DNA of 63,974 bases, counting the filler, from Craspedostauros australis (taxonomy: Eukaryota): the NCBI GenBank assembly GCA_030167865.1. It is 11 parts of 11 records of this genome, joined end to end, with 100 filler letters (N's around TTAATTAATTAA, not from the genome) between each part and the next. Parts side by side here need not be neighbours in the genome. Positions count along the whole stretch, not along the records: positions 19,986 to 43,380 come from JALAGF010004240.1; 10 more parts are not named here. The stretch is one strand, 5' to 3'. Below are positions 31,422 through 43,480 of the stretch, piece by piece. Numbering within the stretch: the first letter of the stretch is position 1; every line of letters begins with the position of its first letter. The notes below the pieces were generated by a model. It did not search any database, had not been told where the DNA came from, and saw nothing but the letters and a program-made list of their open reading frames with translations. Position numbers and translations under genes: made by a program.

Positions 31422-34228
31422 TTACCTGGACGGCGCCAACCGCTGCGACACATAATTCAACCCGCGTGCGATCGTCTTCTCCGTCAACCGCGCCACCAGC
31501 AACGTTCCGAACTCCCGCAACTGCGGCGTGTACTCGCGGAACACCGGAATCAACCCGCGCAACCGCGTCGCGCTGGGTGAATTCAACAGCCGCCCGCCCG
31601 TCGTCGTGGCGGGTTGCGGCATGGCACCTTCGATGTCGCCTGACAGGAACTGCACGAGCGTTCCGATCTGCTGCACCATGCGTCTGTCCTGCTGGCTCAG
31701 TTCGGGGCTCAAGGCGCGCACAAAGTTGGGAACGGGGAAGGTCACGCCCAATCCCAGTCGGCGTGCCAGCTCCTGTGTGGCCTCGCGGCTCGAGGCGTCG
31801 ACCACCGTCACAATCTCCTCCAGCATGAACTCGCGGAAGGATTGGCCTTCGGGGCTGAAGAAGAAGCGCAAGGCTTCGCGCGCGGTTTCGTTGTCCAGAT
31901 CGCTCTGATCCGAGATGGTCGTGGTTCTCAGGGGAGTCGATGAGACGCGGAATCGTCCGCCATCGATATCGGTGTCGCGTTCCGACGTGTCGACCTGCTG
32001 GCTGCCCACGAAGTCGCCGGCACCGCCAACAGTCTTGGAACCGCGCACGCCATCCACCTTGAAGGCGCTGCCGTCACCCTGATCGCGTATCGCCTTGAAC
32101 TTTTCCAAGGCCTCCAAGAGGTCAATCACCTTTTCGGCCGAGAACTCACCTTCCTTGCCGTACACCATGTAGCGCAGGGCTGCGCGTAGGCGGGGGGAGT
32201 CGTCCGTCATGAGACGACGTGCGATGTAGGGATAGGCCTCGTCGATGATGGCAAAGTTAGGGTTGCCAACCAAGGCGATGCCCTCGAGCACTGAGATGGC
32301 TCGGATGATGAGTGCAAAGTACTGCGGCGGGGGGGGGTCGTTTGTTAGTTGGTTTGTTTGGAAAGATGGAGAAGTTGGAATGAATGAAAGTGAGAGGCAC
32401 AGTTTTGAATGAGTGGAGTGCCATCAAGAAGTGTAAACGTGCGTAAATGTGACCATCGCTGTTCATGCGCACAATACACAACACAGTATACAATACACAA
32501 CACGTACCGGCGGAATACGGAACGGATACTCGAAGGTAATTTCAGCCAAATCCGCCGCGAGCTCCTGGAAGTTGATGGACTTGGCACCGCCTCCTGCAAG
32601 GGCCACATCAAACACCTTCTTCAACGCAGGCACGATGGGCTCCGTGTCGGTGTTCTTGGGAATGAAATCAAGATTGATGAAATCCTGGCCGATCTGTGTA
32701 TAATCACGATTGATGAGATGCGCGATGGCTTCGACCATGCCGTACTTCTGATCGTCTGTGATGTCCGTCATGAGACCGAAATCGAGGATTGCGAGCTTGC
32801 CGTCGGTCGTGCGCATCATGTTGCCGGGGTGGGGATCTGTGATTTGTTGGGTTGGTTTGAGTTGGGTTCGTTGTGTGGATGGATGGAAGACGATGTTGAT
32901 GAAAGATAATCGAGTGAGCAAAAAAGGAAGAGCAATGAACAAAGCAATGAACAGGCAATGAACAGGCAATGAACAGCATGATATTCGATGCAAAGCCGCA
33001 CACACTCACCAGCATGAAAGAATCCCTTATCCAAGAGCTGCGTGAGATAGGTGATGACTCCCAAATTGACAAGCGCTCCGACATCATCGGCCGTGCTCTG
33101 ACTGAGCTTCTCGCCGTCAATCCACTCCGCCACATGCACACGCCTGGAGGTGTAATCCGGAAAGTTGCCCGGAATCACGACCATCGGCAACACGGCCATA
33201 TCCTTCTTGATGCGGATGCCGTTCTCGCACTCCAAATTGTAATCCAACTCCTGATAAAACCGATACGCGAATTCGTCTAGCAGATCGACGGCATCCAACC
33301 GCTTGACGAGGGCCGGGAATTTGCGCGCCAACAATCCCAACTCGCGCGCCAAGTAGAGATCCAACGAGACGGTCTCGAGCACGGCGGGACGCTGCACCTT
33401 GACGGCGACCGTCTCACCCGTCGCACGCAGCGTGGCGCGGTAGACCTGGCCCAAACTGGCGGCCGCGACGGGTTCCGGCGTGATCTCGGAAAAGAGCTCA
33501 TCAACGGTCTTGCCCAGCTCGCGCTCGATCGTGGCGAAGGCGATCTTGGTGTCGAACGACGGCACCTTGTCGCACAGCTTCTGCAGCTCGACCATGGATC
33601 GCGGCGACAAGACGTCGGGGCGGATCGACAGGGCCTGTCCGATCTTGATGAAGAAGGGACCCAAGCTGGTGATGGTATCGCGCAGCTGCGCGGCACGTTG
33701 GACCTCGCGTTCGGGCGTGTTGCGGCGCAGGATGGCGTCGATCGCGGCGTTGGCAAAGAAGCCGCCGCCGACCGAAGCGATCTGCAGGACGCGCGTCGCG
33801 ACGGCCAAGGGGCGCCGCGAGAAGAAGGATTGCAGCGCGATGGGGTCGTAGTACAATGGCAGGCCGTTGCTGTCGGTGGCATCGTTGTCGATATCGACCA
33901 ATCGCATCTGCATGCCTTCCATCGCAGCATCATCGTCATTCATGTTCTGTCCGCGCAATGCCTGCATCAGCAGCTTCGTGTCCTCGTCCTCCTCCATGCG
34001 GTCGCGCATGTCTTTCATGGCGGCGCTGGTTTCCGAGATCGTGCTGCTTTGGAGGCTGCTGGTGAAGCTTCTTGTGCCAACAGCAAGCCTCTGGGAAGGA
34101 GCGACGAACGCTGATGCGGATGGCATGGATGCCGCCATCCACAGGGTCATCGACAGTGCCATGGAAAGACACAGAGTCCATCGTCGGGGACTCATGCTGC
34201 CGTTGCTTGAGGTTGCAGAAGGACTCAT
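31422..34228 (-). CDS. ABC1K: Plastid-targeted ABC1/UbiB atypical kinase (ABC1K6-like); exons 34228-33010, 32836-32508, 32321-31422
   Basis: LGPFFIKIGQALSIRPD, PVAAASLGQVYRA, VAVKVQRP, ELDY, FFHA|DPHPGN (across intron 1), LDFG and FRIPP|YFALIIRA (across intron 2). Signal peptide followed by ASA-FVAP plastid motif. Confidence 0.93.
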
Positions 34229-34994
34229 GATGGATTCCTCAGAAGTCAGTCACTGCGTCTCTGTCTCTGTCTATTGCACTGCACTGCTGAGTAGGTGATA
34301 TTCGTCCTCGTTCTCGTTCTCGTTCTCGTGGCAACAAGTTGAATGTGATGATCTTGTGGAGCAATCAATGATGGAACAGACAGTGTGGCTGTTTCTCGGC
34401 TTCCCTATCAGTACTCTGCTTGATTGAATTCAGAAGGATCAATTGCCCACAGCTCTGTTGTTGTGGCAGCACTGATGAAATGCCACCAAGCACAACCTCG
34501 ATCAATCCTCTGCTTCAACTGGGAAAGCAAAAAGACGGCACACGACGTTGCCACATCGTCATCATGGTTGTCGCTCTTTCTGACTCGTTTCGTTGTTGTG
34601 TTGCGAACAAACACGAACACAGAACGAATGAGTGAGTGCGTGAAGAAGCGGAGTTGGTTGCGTGACGTATGCTATCGTACTGAAATAGTGTTTTAATTTT
34701 CGCTTTCTCAGGAAGTCGCAAAATGGAAGCTAGAGAGCAACCAGCGCATCGTGCTGGTAGTCTCTGCAGAGCTGCGTCCTCATGGATTCAACGCCCATGT
34801 ATCGTACTCTACTTCCAGTGCGATCATGACGAAGACCAGTTACTTAGCTCGTACTCATTTCGTTCAAAGTTGGATGCTAAGTTGATGTTGTAAACTACTA
34901 GTCTAATTGTGAGTGCTGTTGCCTCTCTTTTGGCTTGGGGATGCTTCTAGCGAGTCCATCCAGAGAAGCCTGCCGCGCAGTCAATAGATGGGGC

Positions 34995-35942
34995 CTACTC
35001 GGAACAGTATCCCGCCATGATCAGCTGACTCTCGTGGTTCCGGTTGGTACTGAAATTCGAAACGGAGTTGCCATGTCTGATGGACCCGCTGACGAAACCT
35101 TTGTTTCCTCCATTGTGCGTCACGACGGCATGGTAGCAACGGCTGACGTCGACCACAAAGTCCTGGGAAAAGTTCTCTTTGTTGTTGATCTTGCGATCGA
35201 GCACAACGATAGCCTTCGGTTCCAGCTCCGCAAAGAAGGCCCTGAGCTTGCGCTTCTTCGCCTTCTTGCCGCCGACCACGTTGAAGGTCAGCGTTTCGCA
35301 CTTGCCCACGTAGACGATGGTTCCGCCACGGAACTGGGGCGTGTTGCCACGCACGCTCATCATGGTGAATCCATTGTTCACGACGTCGATTCCATAGGCG
35401 TTGGATTGGAATCCGTCCTCGCCGGTATCGACGAACGTGAGCTTGTAGCATTTGTCAGCATCGAAGCATCCTTTGTAATTGAAGGTGAACTTGGACGGAT
35501 AGCCCATCTGCGAAAAGATGAGGTCGCCAACGCCGTTGTCGGTTCTTTCTTGCATCATCCAACCGAACTCGTGACCCTTGGAGTCTGTTGAGATTGACAC
35601 TCGGAGGTTGCTCTCTGTCTCAGCATCGCAATTCCCGTGGTTGCCTTCGACGAGCAGACGCTCATCGTGGTTGGCATCCACATGTCCATGATGGCTTCTG
35701 AGGAGCTCACGTTGGCGGTGCTCGTCATCTTTGTCCTCATTGTCCGAGGTCGAGGCTGTGATCGGAATGCTAGGCTCGACGACGGGGATATCCACCATGT
35801 TTTCGATGGCAGCCATGATGTCGGCATCGGCATCGAGCTCGCGCTCGTCGAGGTTGATGTGTGCTACATCTTTGTTGGCAAGTGCAGCTGGTAGGAATGC
35901 CGCGGCAAAGATGGTGGCGGATGCGAAGAAGGAGAACTTCAT
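34995..35942 (-). CDS. Secreted protein with RxL-containing pro-region and predicted beta-sandwich domain(s)
   Basis: Signal peptide MKFSFFASATIFAAAFLPAALA. Acidic pro-region with REL, REL and RLL, followed by a VSISTD..GHEFGW...C..YKLTFVDTGEDG module. Confidence 0.75.
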   Translation of the reverse strand: MKFSFFASATIFAAAFLPAALANKDVAHINLDERELDADADIMAAIENMVDIPVVEPSIPITASTSDNEDKDDEHRQRELLRSHHGHVDANHDERLLVEGNHGNCDAETESNLRVSISTDSKGHEFGWMMQERTDNGVGDLIFSQMGYPSKFTFNYKGCFDADKCYKLTFVDTGEDGFQSNAYGIDVVNNGFTMMSVRGNTPQFRGGTIVYVGKCETLTFNVVGGKKAKKRKLRAFFAELEPKAIVVLDRKINNKENFSQDFVVDVSRCYHAVVTHNGGNKGFVSGSIRHGNSVSNFSTNRNHESQLIMAGYCSE

Positions 35943-35960
35943 ACTGGTGTTGATAGTTCG

Positions 35961-35985
35961 TTGTTGTTGTTGTTGTTGTTGTTGT

Positions 35986-36024
<39 letters not shown>
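35961..36024. repeat. Compound (TTG)n(ATG)n microsatellite
   Basis: Direct reading; just upstream of the secreted-protein start codon. Confidence 0.9.
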
Positions 36025-36025
<1 letters not shown>

Positions 36026-37238
36026 CGATCCTATTGTTTGGATTGAGATTGTATGAGAGGATGAGGATGAGCTGAGAGGGTCTTGATCTTGATTTCCCTC
36101 GCAGAAGAAGAGATGCGCTGATGCGATCGCAATCGCTTTTGCAATAACACCGAGTAGAGCGTTTGTGTGTGAACGAGTATTGTATGTCGTTGTTGCAACC
36201 GTTTGATCGTGGGGCGGAAGATTGACTGTGAATCAACGTGGGTGACTCAAGAGAGGAATGATTTTGGTTCACGTGAAGTGATCGTGGGTGGAACGAGACA
36301 CATTTCGGCGAAATGGGATTCGAGAGACGCCCAACGCAGTTTTGTTGGTTTGCGTTTATTGGCGTTCCTCACTGGCTCACGCACAACGCTGGCGAATCTG
36401 CGAAATGGGGATCGGTTGGTAGTGAAGCCAAGACATTTCGTACAATCAGATTATTTCCTGTTCTTACCAAGCACAAGCCTCCCACGCCACTCTACTATAG
36501 GTCGTGCTCTACTCCATCCCACTATGATCCATTCTTGTGCTTGTGCCGACAACAACAGCATCGAGAGCGATGGAGACATAGACCCAAACATAGACAAAGA
36601 CCAACACAACGGAAGAAACAAGTTGTTTTTTCTGTCTCGTGGAATCTGTGACACCGAGTACTTGCTCACCTGTCAGTCATTGCGGTCACGGTACACATGC
36701 AAATAAAGAAGTTGCAGACGGAGTATAGTACATGTCGATTGCGAAGCATCTGTGTCTCGGCCGGATACCGGTCAGTCATTTAACAAAGCTCCAAGCTGAG
36801 CTCTAAAGGATCACGGACGGTATTGAAAATGTCACGATGTTACAAGCCGGTGAACTTGGCCAAAGTCATGGGCGTCTGTGTAAGTGCATGTCTGTCTATT
36901 TTGACTGTTTGTCTAGTTTCTTGCCACATGTTTGTCGAGTCGATTGTCTGTCTGTTTCACTTGCAGAGTTTGGAAGTTGAGGCGATAATGGCGACACTGG
37001 GAAGGAACGTCGCCACAAACTTGTGAAAACAAATCAAACACAAACCTGTACAGCGCAAAACAAGAAGTAGGTGGATGCATGGATGGATGGATGGCTAGAA
37101 AATAGTGATGGTGCGAGGACACACACGACCAACTATAACTTGAACTCGTTACAGACGAGAATCTAAACAATTGCCGTGCCTCTCTCAGCGCAGGCAGATA
37201 TCAGGAACTGCCGTTGCCACCATCACGTCGCCATCGCC

Positions 37239-38237
37239 TCATCCTGAATACCGGTCTCGCAAAGAATCCGGCGGCTCCGTCTCCAGGACGTTCGGATACC
37301 GCTGCACGTATTCCCGCACGGTCGTCTTGCGATCGACCAAGTACGTATCATCGAGGAAGGAGTTGAAACACACATCTCCCATCGATTTGGCGGCCAAGTA
37401 GCAATGTCGTAGATACACGGCGCACGGACGCAGCCCGGAATCGCGCCGCCATCCCCAGATGGTGGTAATGCCGTACTTGCTGTAGTGATCGTCAAATCGT
37501 TGCTGTCCCCATTGCGCAATGTAGGCCGCGTCGGTGGACGACGTGCACGCCAGCCCGATGGAATTCAGCGCCTTCGTTTTAGTTTCATCGTTGCTATTCA
37601 AGTTTTGCGAATACGGCATTTGGATGATGTGGAATTCCTCCTCGCGTTCCAAGAAGGCCTGGCTGGGCACGCCGTTGGCGGTGGTGAATTCCTGATTGGA
37701 GTTGGGGACCTCGAAGATGGAGCAGATGAATCCACCGTCGCCATCATCACAAGGTTCGATGGAAAGGGACGACATTTCCAACGTTTCCTGATTTGCGATG
37801 TTGCGTTGGAAGAAGATGGAAGCAGGATGGCCGAAGACGCGGCGGTAGTTGGAAGGCACCCTGCCCAATCGAAAATTGATGAGGTTGGGGAACGTGAGCC
37901 GCGAAGAACGTTCGGACAGCAAGGATCCAAAGCCGATCATGGTGATGAGTTCATTGGCATTGGCATGGTTGTCATCGTTGTTGGCATCGTCGCTGGACAT
38001 GGCGTTTCGCGTTATCGTGGATGATTCTGGTGTTATGCGGTGCTGTCTTTGGGTGGACGCGAGATGCTTCCGATGCCGATCGCACAACGGGAATGCTGTT
38101 GCTCTGAAGGATCGAACGCCGATGAAGGAAGTGAACAAGAAGGGAATGACAAGAGTAGTGAATGTCACGGTCGCAATTCTGGCAGAGATGGCTCCATGGA
38201 TCGAACTGCGGCAGGGGCTTGCAGCATGCAATGCCAT
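37239..38237 (-). CDS. Conserved plant/algal uncharacterised protein, gamma-glutamylcyclotransferase-like fold
   Basis: IGFGSLLSERSSRLTFP, YRRVF, AFLEREEEF, PCAVYLRHCYLAAK, FLDDTYLVDRKTTVREY. N-terminal hydrophobic or targeting extension; alternative start at MSSDD (38001). Confidence 0.75.
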   Translation of the reverse strand: MALHAASPCRSSIHGAISARIATVTFTTLVIPFLFTSFIGVRSFRATAFPLCDRHRKHLASTQRQHRITPESSTITRNAMSSDDANNDDNHANANELITMIGFGSLLSERSSRLTFPNLINFRLGRVPSNYRRVFGHPASIFFQRNIANQETLEMSSLSIEPCDDGDGGFICSIFEVPNSNQEFTTANGVPSQAFLEREEEFHIIQMPYSQNLNSNDETKTKALNSIGLACTSSTDAAYIAQWGQQRFDDHYSKYGITTIWGWRRDSGLRPCAVYLRHCYLAAKSMGDVCFNSFLDDTYLVDRKTTVREYVQRYPNVLETEPPDSLRDRYSG

Positions 38238-38479
38238 CGTTCAGATTGTGGATGGTGGAGAGAGAGGATGGCGAAAAGAGAGTTGTGGTGTGGGATGTGT
38301 TGCGACAGATCGAGATGTGTTGCGTGAGCTGTGTCGTCCACGTTTTTCGTGGATGAGAAAGATACGTTTACGAGGTCCGTGTTGAGGAATCACGAGGTCT
38401 GTCATTTCAAGGATTTGTCGGAGAAACATGAGAAAGATCCGCAAAAGATCACATCACATCACCAGCAACAACAACCACC

Positions 38480-38940
38480 ACTCCACTCCAATGGGCATGC
38501 TTGGGAGGCCGTCTGGACTGCGTGAAGTACGACCTATCCGGTGCAATCGCTCAACGTCGATGTCACTATCCTGGATAGCTCAGGCGACATGCTGTTTCAT
38601 TACGCATGCCGAAGCGACTCTTTGGATGTGGTGAAGTACTTGGTCGAGCCATGTCACTCTGAGGCCGACATCCGGGATAGGTATGGATGGACGCCATTGT
38701 ACAAAGTGTGATACGGAGGCGGCCCACTGGAGGTTATGAAGCATTGTACTTGGTGGACTCATGCAATCCTGATGTCAACGCCAAGGACTGGCGGAACCGC
38801 ACTTCATTTCCTTACATGCCGTCGAGGAAATCTGGAGGTTGCGAAGCTTCTTGTGGAATCCTGCAACGTTGCTGTCAACATCCCAAACAGAAGTGGCCTC
38901 ACTCCATTGCATCAGGCATGCGCCACTGGGCGGTGGCAGT
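38480..38940 (+). pseudogene. Frameshifted fragment paralogous to the ankyrin gene at 8932-10569
   Basis: DNA match to 9363-9520 (e.g. gtgcaatcgctcaacgtcgatgtcactatc). Encodes DVVKYLVEPC..DIRDRYGWTPLY and LEVAKLLVESCNVAVNIPNRSGLTPLHQACATG, with indels and a stop. Confidence 0.85.
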
Positions 38941-39459
38941 TACGTGAGCTTGAGCAATCCGCCGAATCATTGTGGAGACAGATGCCCTCGATGGAAGTGG
39001 GCATGAAAGAGGTATGAACAGATGACGGGACGCTCCTGACGTCTCGTGAAAGGAGGATCTGAGTACCAACCGTGCCTCACATGGGTACACCTCAATCACG
39101 CAGCACCCCATGGTCGCAAGGGCGACCTCGAAGCTCAACCACACGATACGGCAATCCGCATATTCATTGGAATCGATAATGGACCGCCATGGCACAATGG
39201 GTGCATGGAGACGCACATCACTGCGAATCTCAGCCGATCATCGATGGCTTCGTGATGATATATCTACGAGTACGAAGAACCGTCATCACAACGTCGGTCG
39301 TACACACGTTTTCGGGACCAAGGCACGGCAAGGGAATGTATGTAAGGAATGCAAACCACAAGAAATGCAAGCTACCTGTTTGTTGTGTACGAGGAAAAGA
39401 TGAAAGCATTGTTGGTACATTACTCCACAGAATAGGATTTGTTCCAGACTTGTAAGTGG

Positions 39460-41535
39460 TTAGATCTCGTGGAAGTCATGGGCTAGAATCTCCGTGCATG
39501 CATGAAATTGCCGTGCTTCTGCAATCAACTGTTGTGGATCCTTGTCTACGAATGACGCGGCGCGGTCGGTAACTTCGCCACGGGATAGATTGGAAGCCTC
39601 GTCAAACCTCCACGGCTGCTCTGGAAGCGTGGTGGCATCGCCCTTGAGTTGTACTTCCTGCGGCATACCTTCCGCATCATCGAAGGACGCTTCGCTATCA
39701 TCGTCGTCCATCATGATGGGCGGAACCGCAACTCGATCGAATTTGAAAGATCCGGTATCAGCGCAATCCTCTTCCGCCTTCTTTTCTTCTTCGTTGTTCT
39801 CGTGCGCGGAATCGTCGTTACACAATAGAGTTGAATCAGGCATGCGCCCATGCGCTGAGGATGGCTTGGACTGTGCCCGTTCCTTCAACTTGTTGCGCAC
39901 GGAGCGCCGACGCCGGCGGTCCTGCGAACGTAGGAAAGGCGACACCATTGTGGAAGATTTTCGCTGAGGCGGTTTGCAACGTTCTGGGCTTTTCGGCTTG
40001 TTGGGAATGACATCGTCAACGTCGGCGAAGTTGACGCGCAGGATGCCAGGTGCAGAAATGTCGTCGCCGTCGCCATCATTATGCACATTGGTACTGGCAT
40101 GAAGATCAGCGGCAGCATGATCTTCCTCATCTCTGTGGACGGAATCGTTGCCGTCATTGCTGCCCTCTCCTTCGCTGTCGTCCTCGCCAGCATCCTGACC
40201 ATCTGCGAACACTTCTCCATCCTCCTCCTCTTCGCTGTCATCACTGCTATCGCTACCGTCGCTATCGGTATCACTGTCGCTCCTGTCACTGTCGCTGCCA
40301 TCATCAGCAACACTCTGCTCTTCCTCACCAAAGCTCTCAGCATCTTCTGCTTCTTCTACCTCACGATTCAACCACAGCTGCCCACACGTTGGACAGCACC
40401 TGGCAGCCACGGAATGGTGACTTTCCTTCAGCAAATCGATCTGCTCGTCGTTGTGGAGGATATCATCCAACACGTTGTCCATGGAATCCTTCAACCTGAG
40501 GATGAGGTCCTGCTGTTGGCTGCCGTCGTTTGCTGCCAGCTCGATGGAATGATCGTCGTCTTGAATCACATTGGCGGCAGGCAACGTTCTGCGCGTTTGG
40601 AACGAATCATGGTTGTGCGCATCCGTCGCCAACTGCTGTCGCGCCAACGCTTTGCGCATCTCCTGCTGATAGCGTGCATGCAGTTTGGAGGACTCGAGCT
40701 GAAAGGTTTGGTGCACCGTCAAGCTCCAATGCTTGAGCTGATTGTATTGGTGCTGAAGAAAGTGGTTGTCGTCCTCGAGGCGTTGCACGTGCTGCTGAAG
40801 GAGGACGTCGCGGTTCTGAAATTGATGACGTTCGATGTCGTAGCCGGCCATCTCCTGAAAGAGCGACTCGATTGTGGTGGCCTGCCTCTGCAGCTCCATC
40901 TCGAGTTCGAAGATGCGCTGCTCTGCCGCGGTCGTTGCGATGACGGCGCCGGGCGGATTCACGAGGCTGCGATTGGATTGGTCGGGGCGCATGGGCACCG
41001 CCGATGCGTAGACCGTGGCGTTGCCGTCCTTGTTGCCTCCGAAGTTGGAGGAATGGCGCGTGGGCCGATTGCCGCGCGCGGCGGACTTGACGCGCTGCGG
41101 CATGGCTTGCTGCGTGGTGGTGCGCTTTTTCTCATATCGCCGCGGCATCGGGCCACGGCTGCGGGAGCGTGCCCTTCGCGGTTCGGAACCGGATCGCTGT
41201 CGGGCGACGACAACCTGCTGGTCATGTTGATTCTGTGCGATGTTGTGGTCGTCTTCAACATTCTCCTCAAGAGATGGCCCGTCCGATGATCCGCCGTGGC
41301 TAGAAGACAGTGTTGAAACTCCCATGGTCGAGCTGCTGTGGCGACTGGGGATGCGGAAGGACCTTGGGCGTTCGAGCATTCTCGCGGACGGCTGATGCTG
41401 ATGCCGTTGTTGCTGACTGTGATCGTACTCGTAGTGGTGCGGATGGTCCGATTCCTCAGAGTACAGATGCGAATTGTGGGAATCCACCGTTCCTAGAATG
41501 CGCATGCTGGATGCTCTGCCATGGCGGATGCTCAT
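39460..41535 (-). CDS. Hypothetical coiled-coil protein with Asp/Glu-rich region
   Basis: 691-aa ORF with heptad-like RIFELEMELQRQATTIESL..LQQHVQRLEDDN, a CCPTC motif and an acidic tract. No family recognised. Confidence 0.7.
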   Translation of the reverse strand: MSIRHGRASSMRILGTVDSHNSHLYSEESDHPHHYEYDHSQQQRHQHQPSARMLERPRSFRIPSRHSSSTMGVSTLSSSHGGSSDGPSLEENVEDDHNIAQNQHDQQVVVARQRSGSEPRRARSRSRGPMPRRYEKKRTTTQQAMPQRVKSAARGNRPTRHSSNFGGNKDGNATVYASAVPMRPDQSNRSLVNPPGAVIATTAAEQRIFELEMELQRQATTIESLFQEMAGYDIERHQFQNRDVLLQQHVQRLEDDNHFLQHQYNQLKHWSLTVHQTFQLESSKLHARYQQEMRKALARQQLATDAHNHDSFQTRRTLPAANVIQDDDHSIELAANDGSQQQDLILRLKDSMDNVLDDILHNDEQIDLLKESHHSVAARCCPTCGQLWLNREVEEAEDAESFGEEEQSVADDGSDSDRSDSDTDSDGSDSSDDSEEEEDGEVFADGQDAGEDDSEGEGSNDGNDSVHRDEEDHAAADLHASTNVHNDGDGDDISAPGILRVNFADVDDVIPNKPKSPERCKPPQRKSSTMVSPFLRSQDRRRRRSVRNKLKERAQSKPSSAHGRMPDSTLLCNDDSAHENNEEEKKAEEDCADTGSFKFDRVAVPPIMMDDDDSEASFDDAEGMPQEVQLKGDATTLPEQPWRFDEASNLSRGEVTDRAASFVDKDPQQLIAEARQFHACTEILAHDFHEI

Positions 41536-42249
41536 CGTGATTGCGCAAGAAGGGCTGTGAGCACTCCTCGGATTTCCACAGTGGATTCTGGTATCTGGTT
41601 TGATCGCACTTTCTCTGTCTCTCGTTGACCGCGATCGATTGATGTGTTCAAATGGATGGTTGTACTTTTGCTCGTGTTCGTGTTCGATGATGCATGAAGA
41701 ATGGCCACGAATCAGTCGGTGGGGCGCTGCGCAGGTCTACCGATCCTTCTCTGGTGAAGTGCAACTGCGATCAAGGCCGATTGTCTCTCTCTCTCTCTCT
41801 CTCTCTCAGCGAGTGTACTCTATGTCGCGTTTGTTGTGTTTGTTGGACCTGAGGCAGAGCGAGTGAACCGAGGAATTGTATGCGGTTTTCTTTCGCTCTC
41901 TGATGGTTTCTGTTTCGTCGACGTTTTCGTTGGCGTCACCTCCACAAGATTGCATTGGTTTGTGTTTGGCTCCGGAAGTCCGTGGTTTGCGCGATGGTAT
42001 GGCGTTCCTCTGTTCAAGTCCTCATCGCGCACTGCTTGGCTCCCAAAAGTGATTCTGTCGCACCTCACATAAGTGACGCTTGTGCGTTATTGATACTCCG
42101 GACGCGCATACGCAGGGTGCGCTGAGCGCGCGATGTCCCAGTACGGAATTAAACCTATCTGGGCTTGTCTGTTGTGAGCGGAATTGTGCCGACCATGGAG
42201 CCGACAACGCAGAAACGAACACCTATTATGGCTCCTTGTTTGACAAACC

Positions 42250-42729
42250 TCACGCAACAATCACGAATGAGCAGATTCGGCACAAATGTGACACGTGTTG
42301 GGTGATATCGATCACCACATTTATGCGCAGAAGCTCATGCTGACGTCTTCTCTCCAAGCAGCCTTTGGATCTGTACCCGTGTTCTGTGGCGATTTCTCTG
42401 GCGCCACCAACGCGACCATCATCACTGCCACAAAATGAATTGTTTCTCAATCGTTCCCTGTCCATCACGGGACTGAGAGTTGTTTCATTCACGACTGCTT
42501 GTTGGTCGTGACGATTGGATGAGGCGAGATGAGTCCTGGATACGTTTGTTGTGGATTGAAACACGAGTGGTGTCATCATCGTCATCGCTGTCATCGCCAC
42601 CACCATCCTCACGACAAAACTCAAGAAACGCCTCTGATGTCCACCGAAGAAGCCATCGTGGTGGATTCTTCGCATCGTGGATTTCTCGCATCGTGGATCC
42701 GCCCATTGCATTCGTTTGATGACATCCAA
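42250..42729 (-). pseudogene. Possible decayed type II membrane protein fragment
   Basis: Hydrophobic segment FLSFVVRMVVAMTAMTMMTPLVF followed by a stem-like region, then stops. Confidence 0.25.
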
Positions 42730-43380
42730 CGGCCGAAGAACTGTATCGATCGGAGTATAATATAATAGTATCGTGGTTGACTCCCCCCAAGACCATCACA
42801 GACGGATGTACTATGGCATCACATGAAGAGGCACAACTGCACAGCGTGGCCAAGTTGGGCATCATCGAAGGTTGTATCGTGCGAGCGAGCGAGCAAGCCA
42901 ACTTCGGATCATGATGTGCCTGTCCACGGTCGTACCATGCCATACTATACCATACCGAACCACACCACACCACACCACACCATACACCGTGGTGGAACTG
43001 CGCAAGTCCATGCAGGCGTGTTNACTGACGACACGTTGCTTCGTGATCAATGCACAGGATCATGAAATGGAGGACATCAAACTTGAGCAGATGAGCTCAC
43101 AATCGCCATCCAAGCGCAACTGATTTGGGACCACATACTCTGCCTGCTCTATCAGCTCTACCTGCTCCACTCGTACGATTATACCGACCACCAACAGAAA
43201 CAATCAGCAACAACAGCAACAATCGGAAACGACAGCGACAACAAGAAAAGGATGAACCACAACATGCATGCTGTCGCCAACACCAATACCAACAGTGATC
43301 ATGATCCAGACTTCAAGACTTTCTGGAAACAACTCCATCGAAAATTGTGGGTTCCGAAGACTGCATTCAATATACAGAGT

Positions 43381-43480
43381 NNNNNNNNNNNNNNNNNNNN
43401 NNNNNNNNNNNNNNNNNNNNNNNNTTAATTAATTAANNNNNNNNNNNNNNNNNNNNNNNNNNNNNNNNNNNNNNNNNNNN
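43381..43480. other. Artificial contig spacer
   Basis: 44 N + TTAATTAATTAA + 44 N. Confidence 0.97.

Noticed and set aside
35943..36272. Poly-His/poly-Gln N-terminal extension of the 425-aa ORF
   Set aside because: Translation of an upstream microsatellite; the signal peptide starts at 35942.
40081..41289. 402-aa hydrophobic plus-strand ORF resembling a membrane protein
   Set aside because: It is the antisense of the acidic/coiled-coil gene; the hydrophobicity comes from complementing Asp/Glu/Gln codons.
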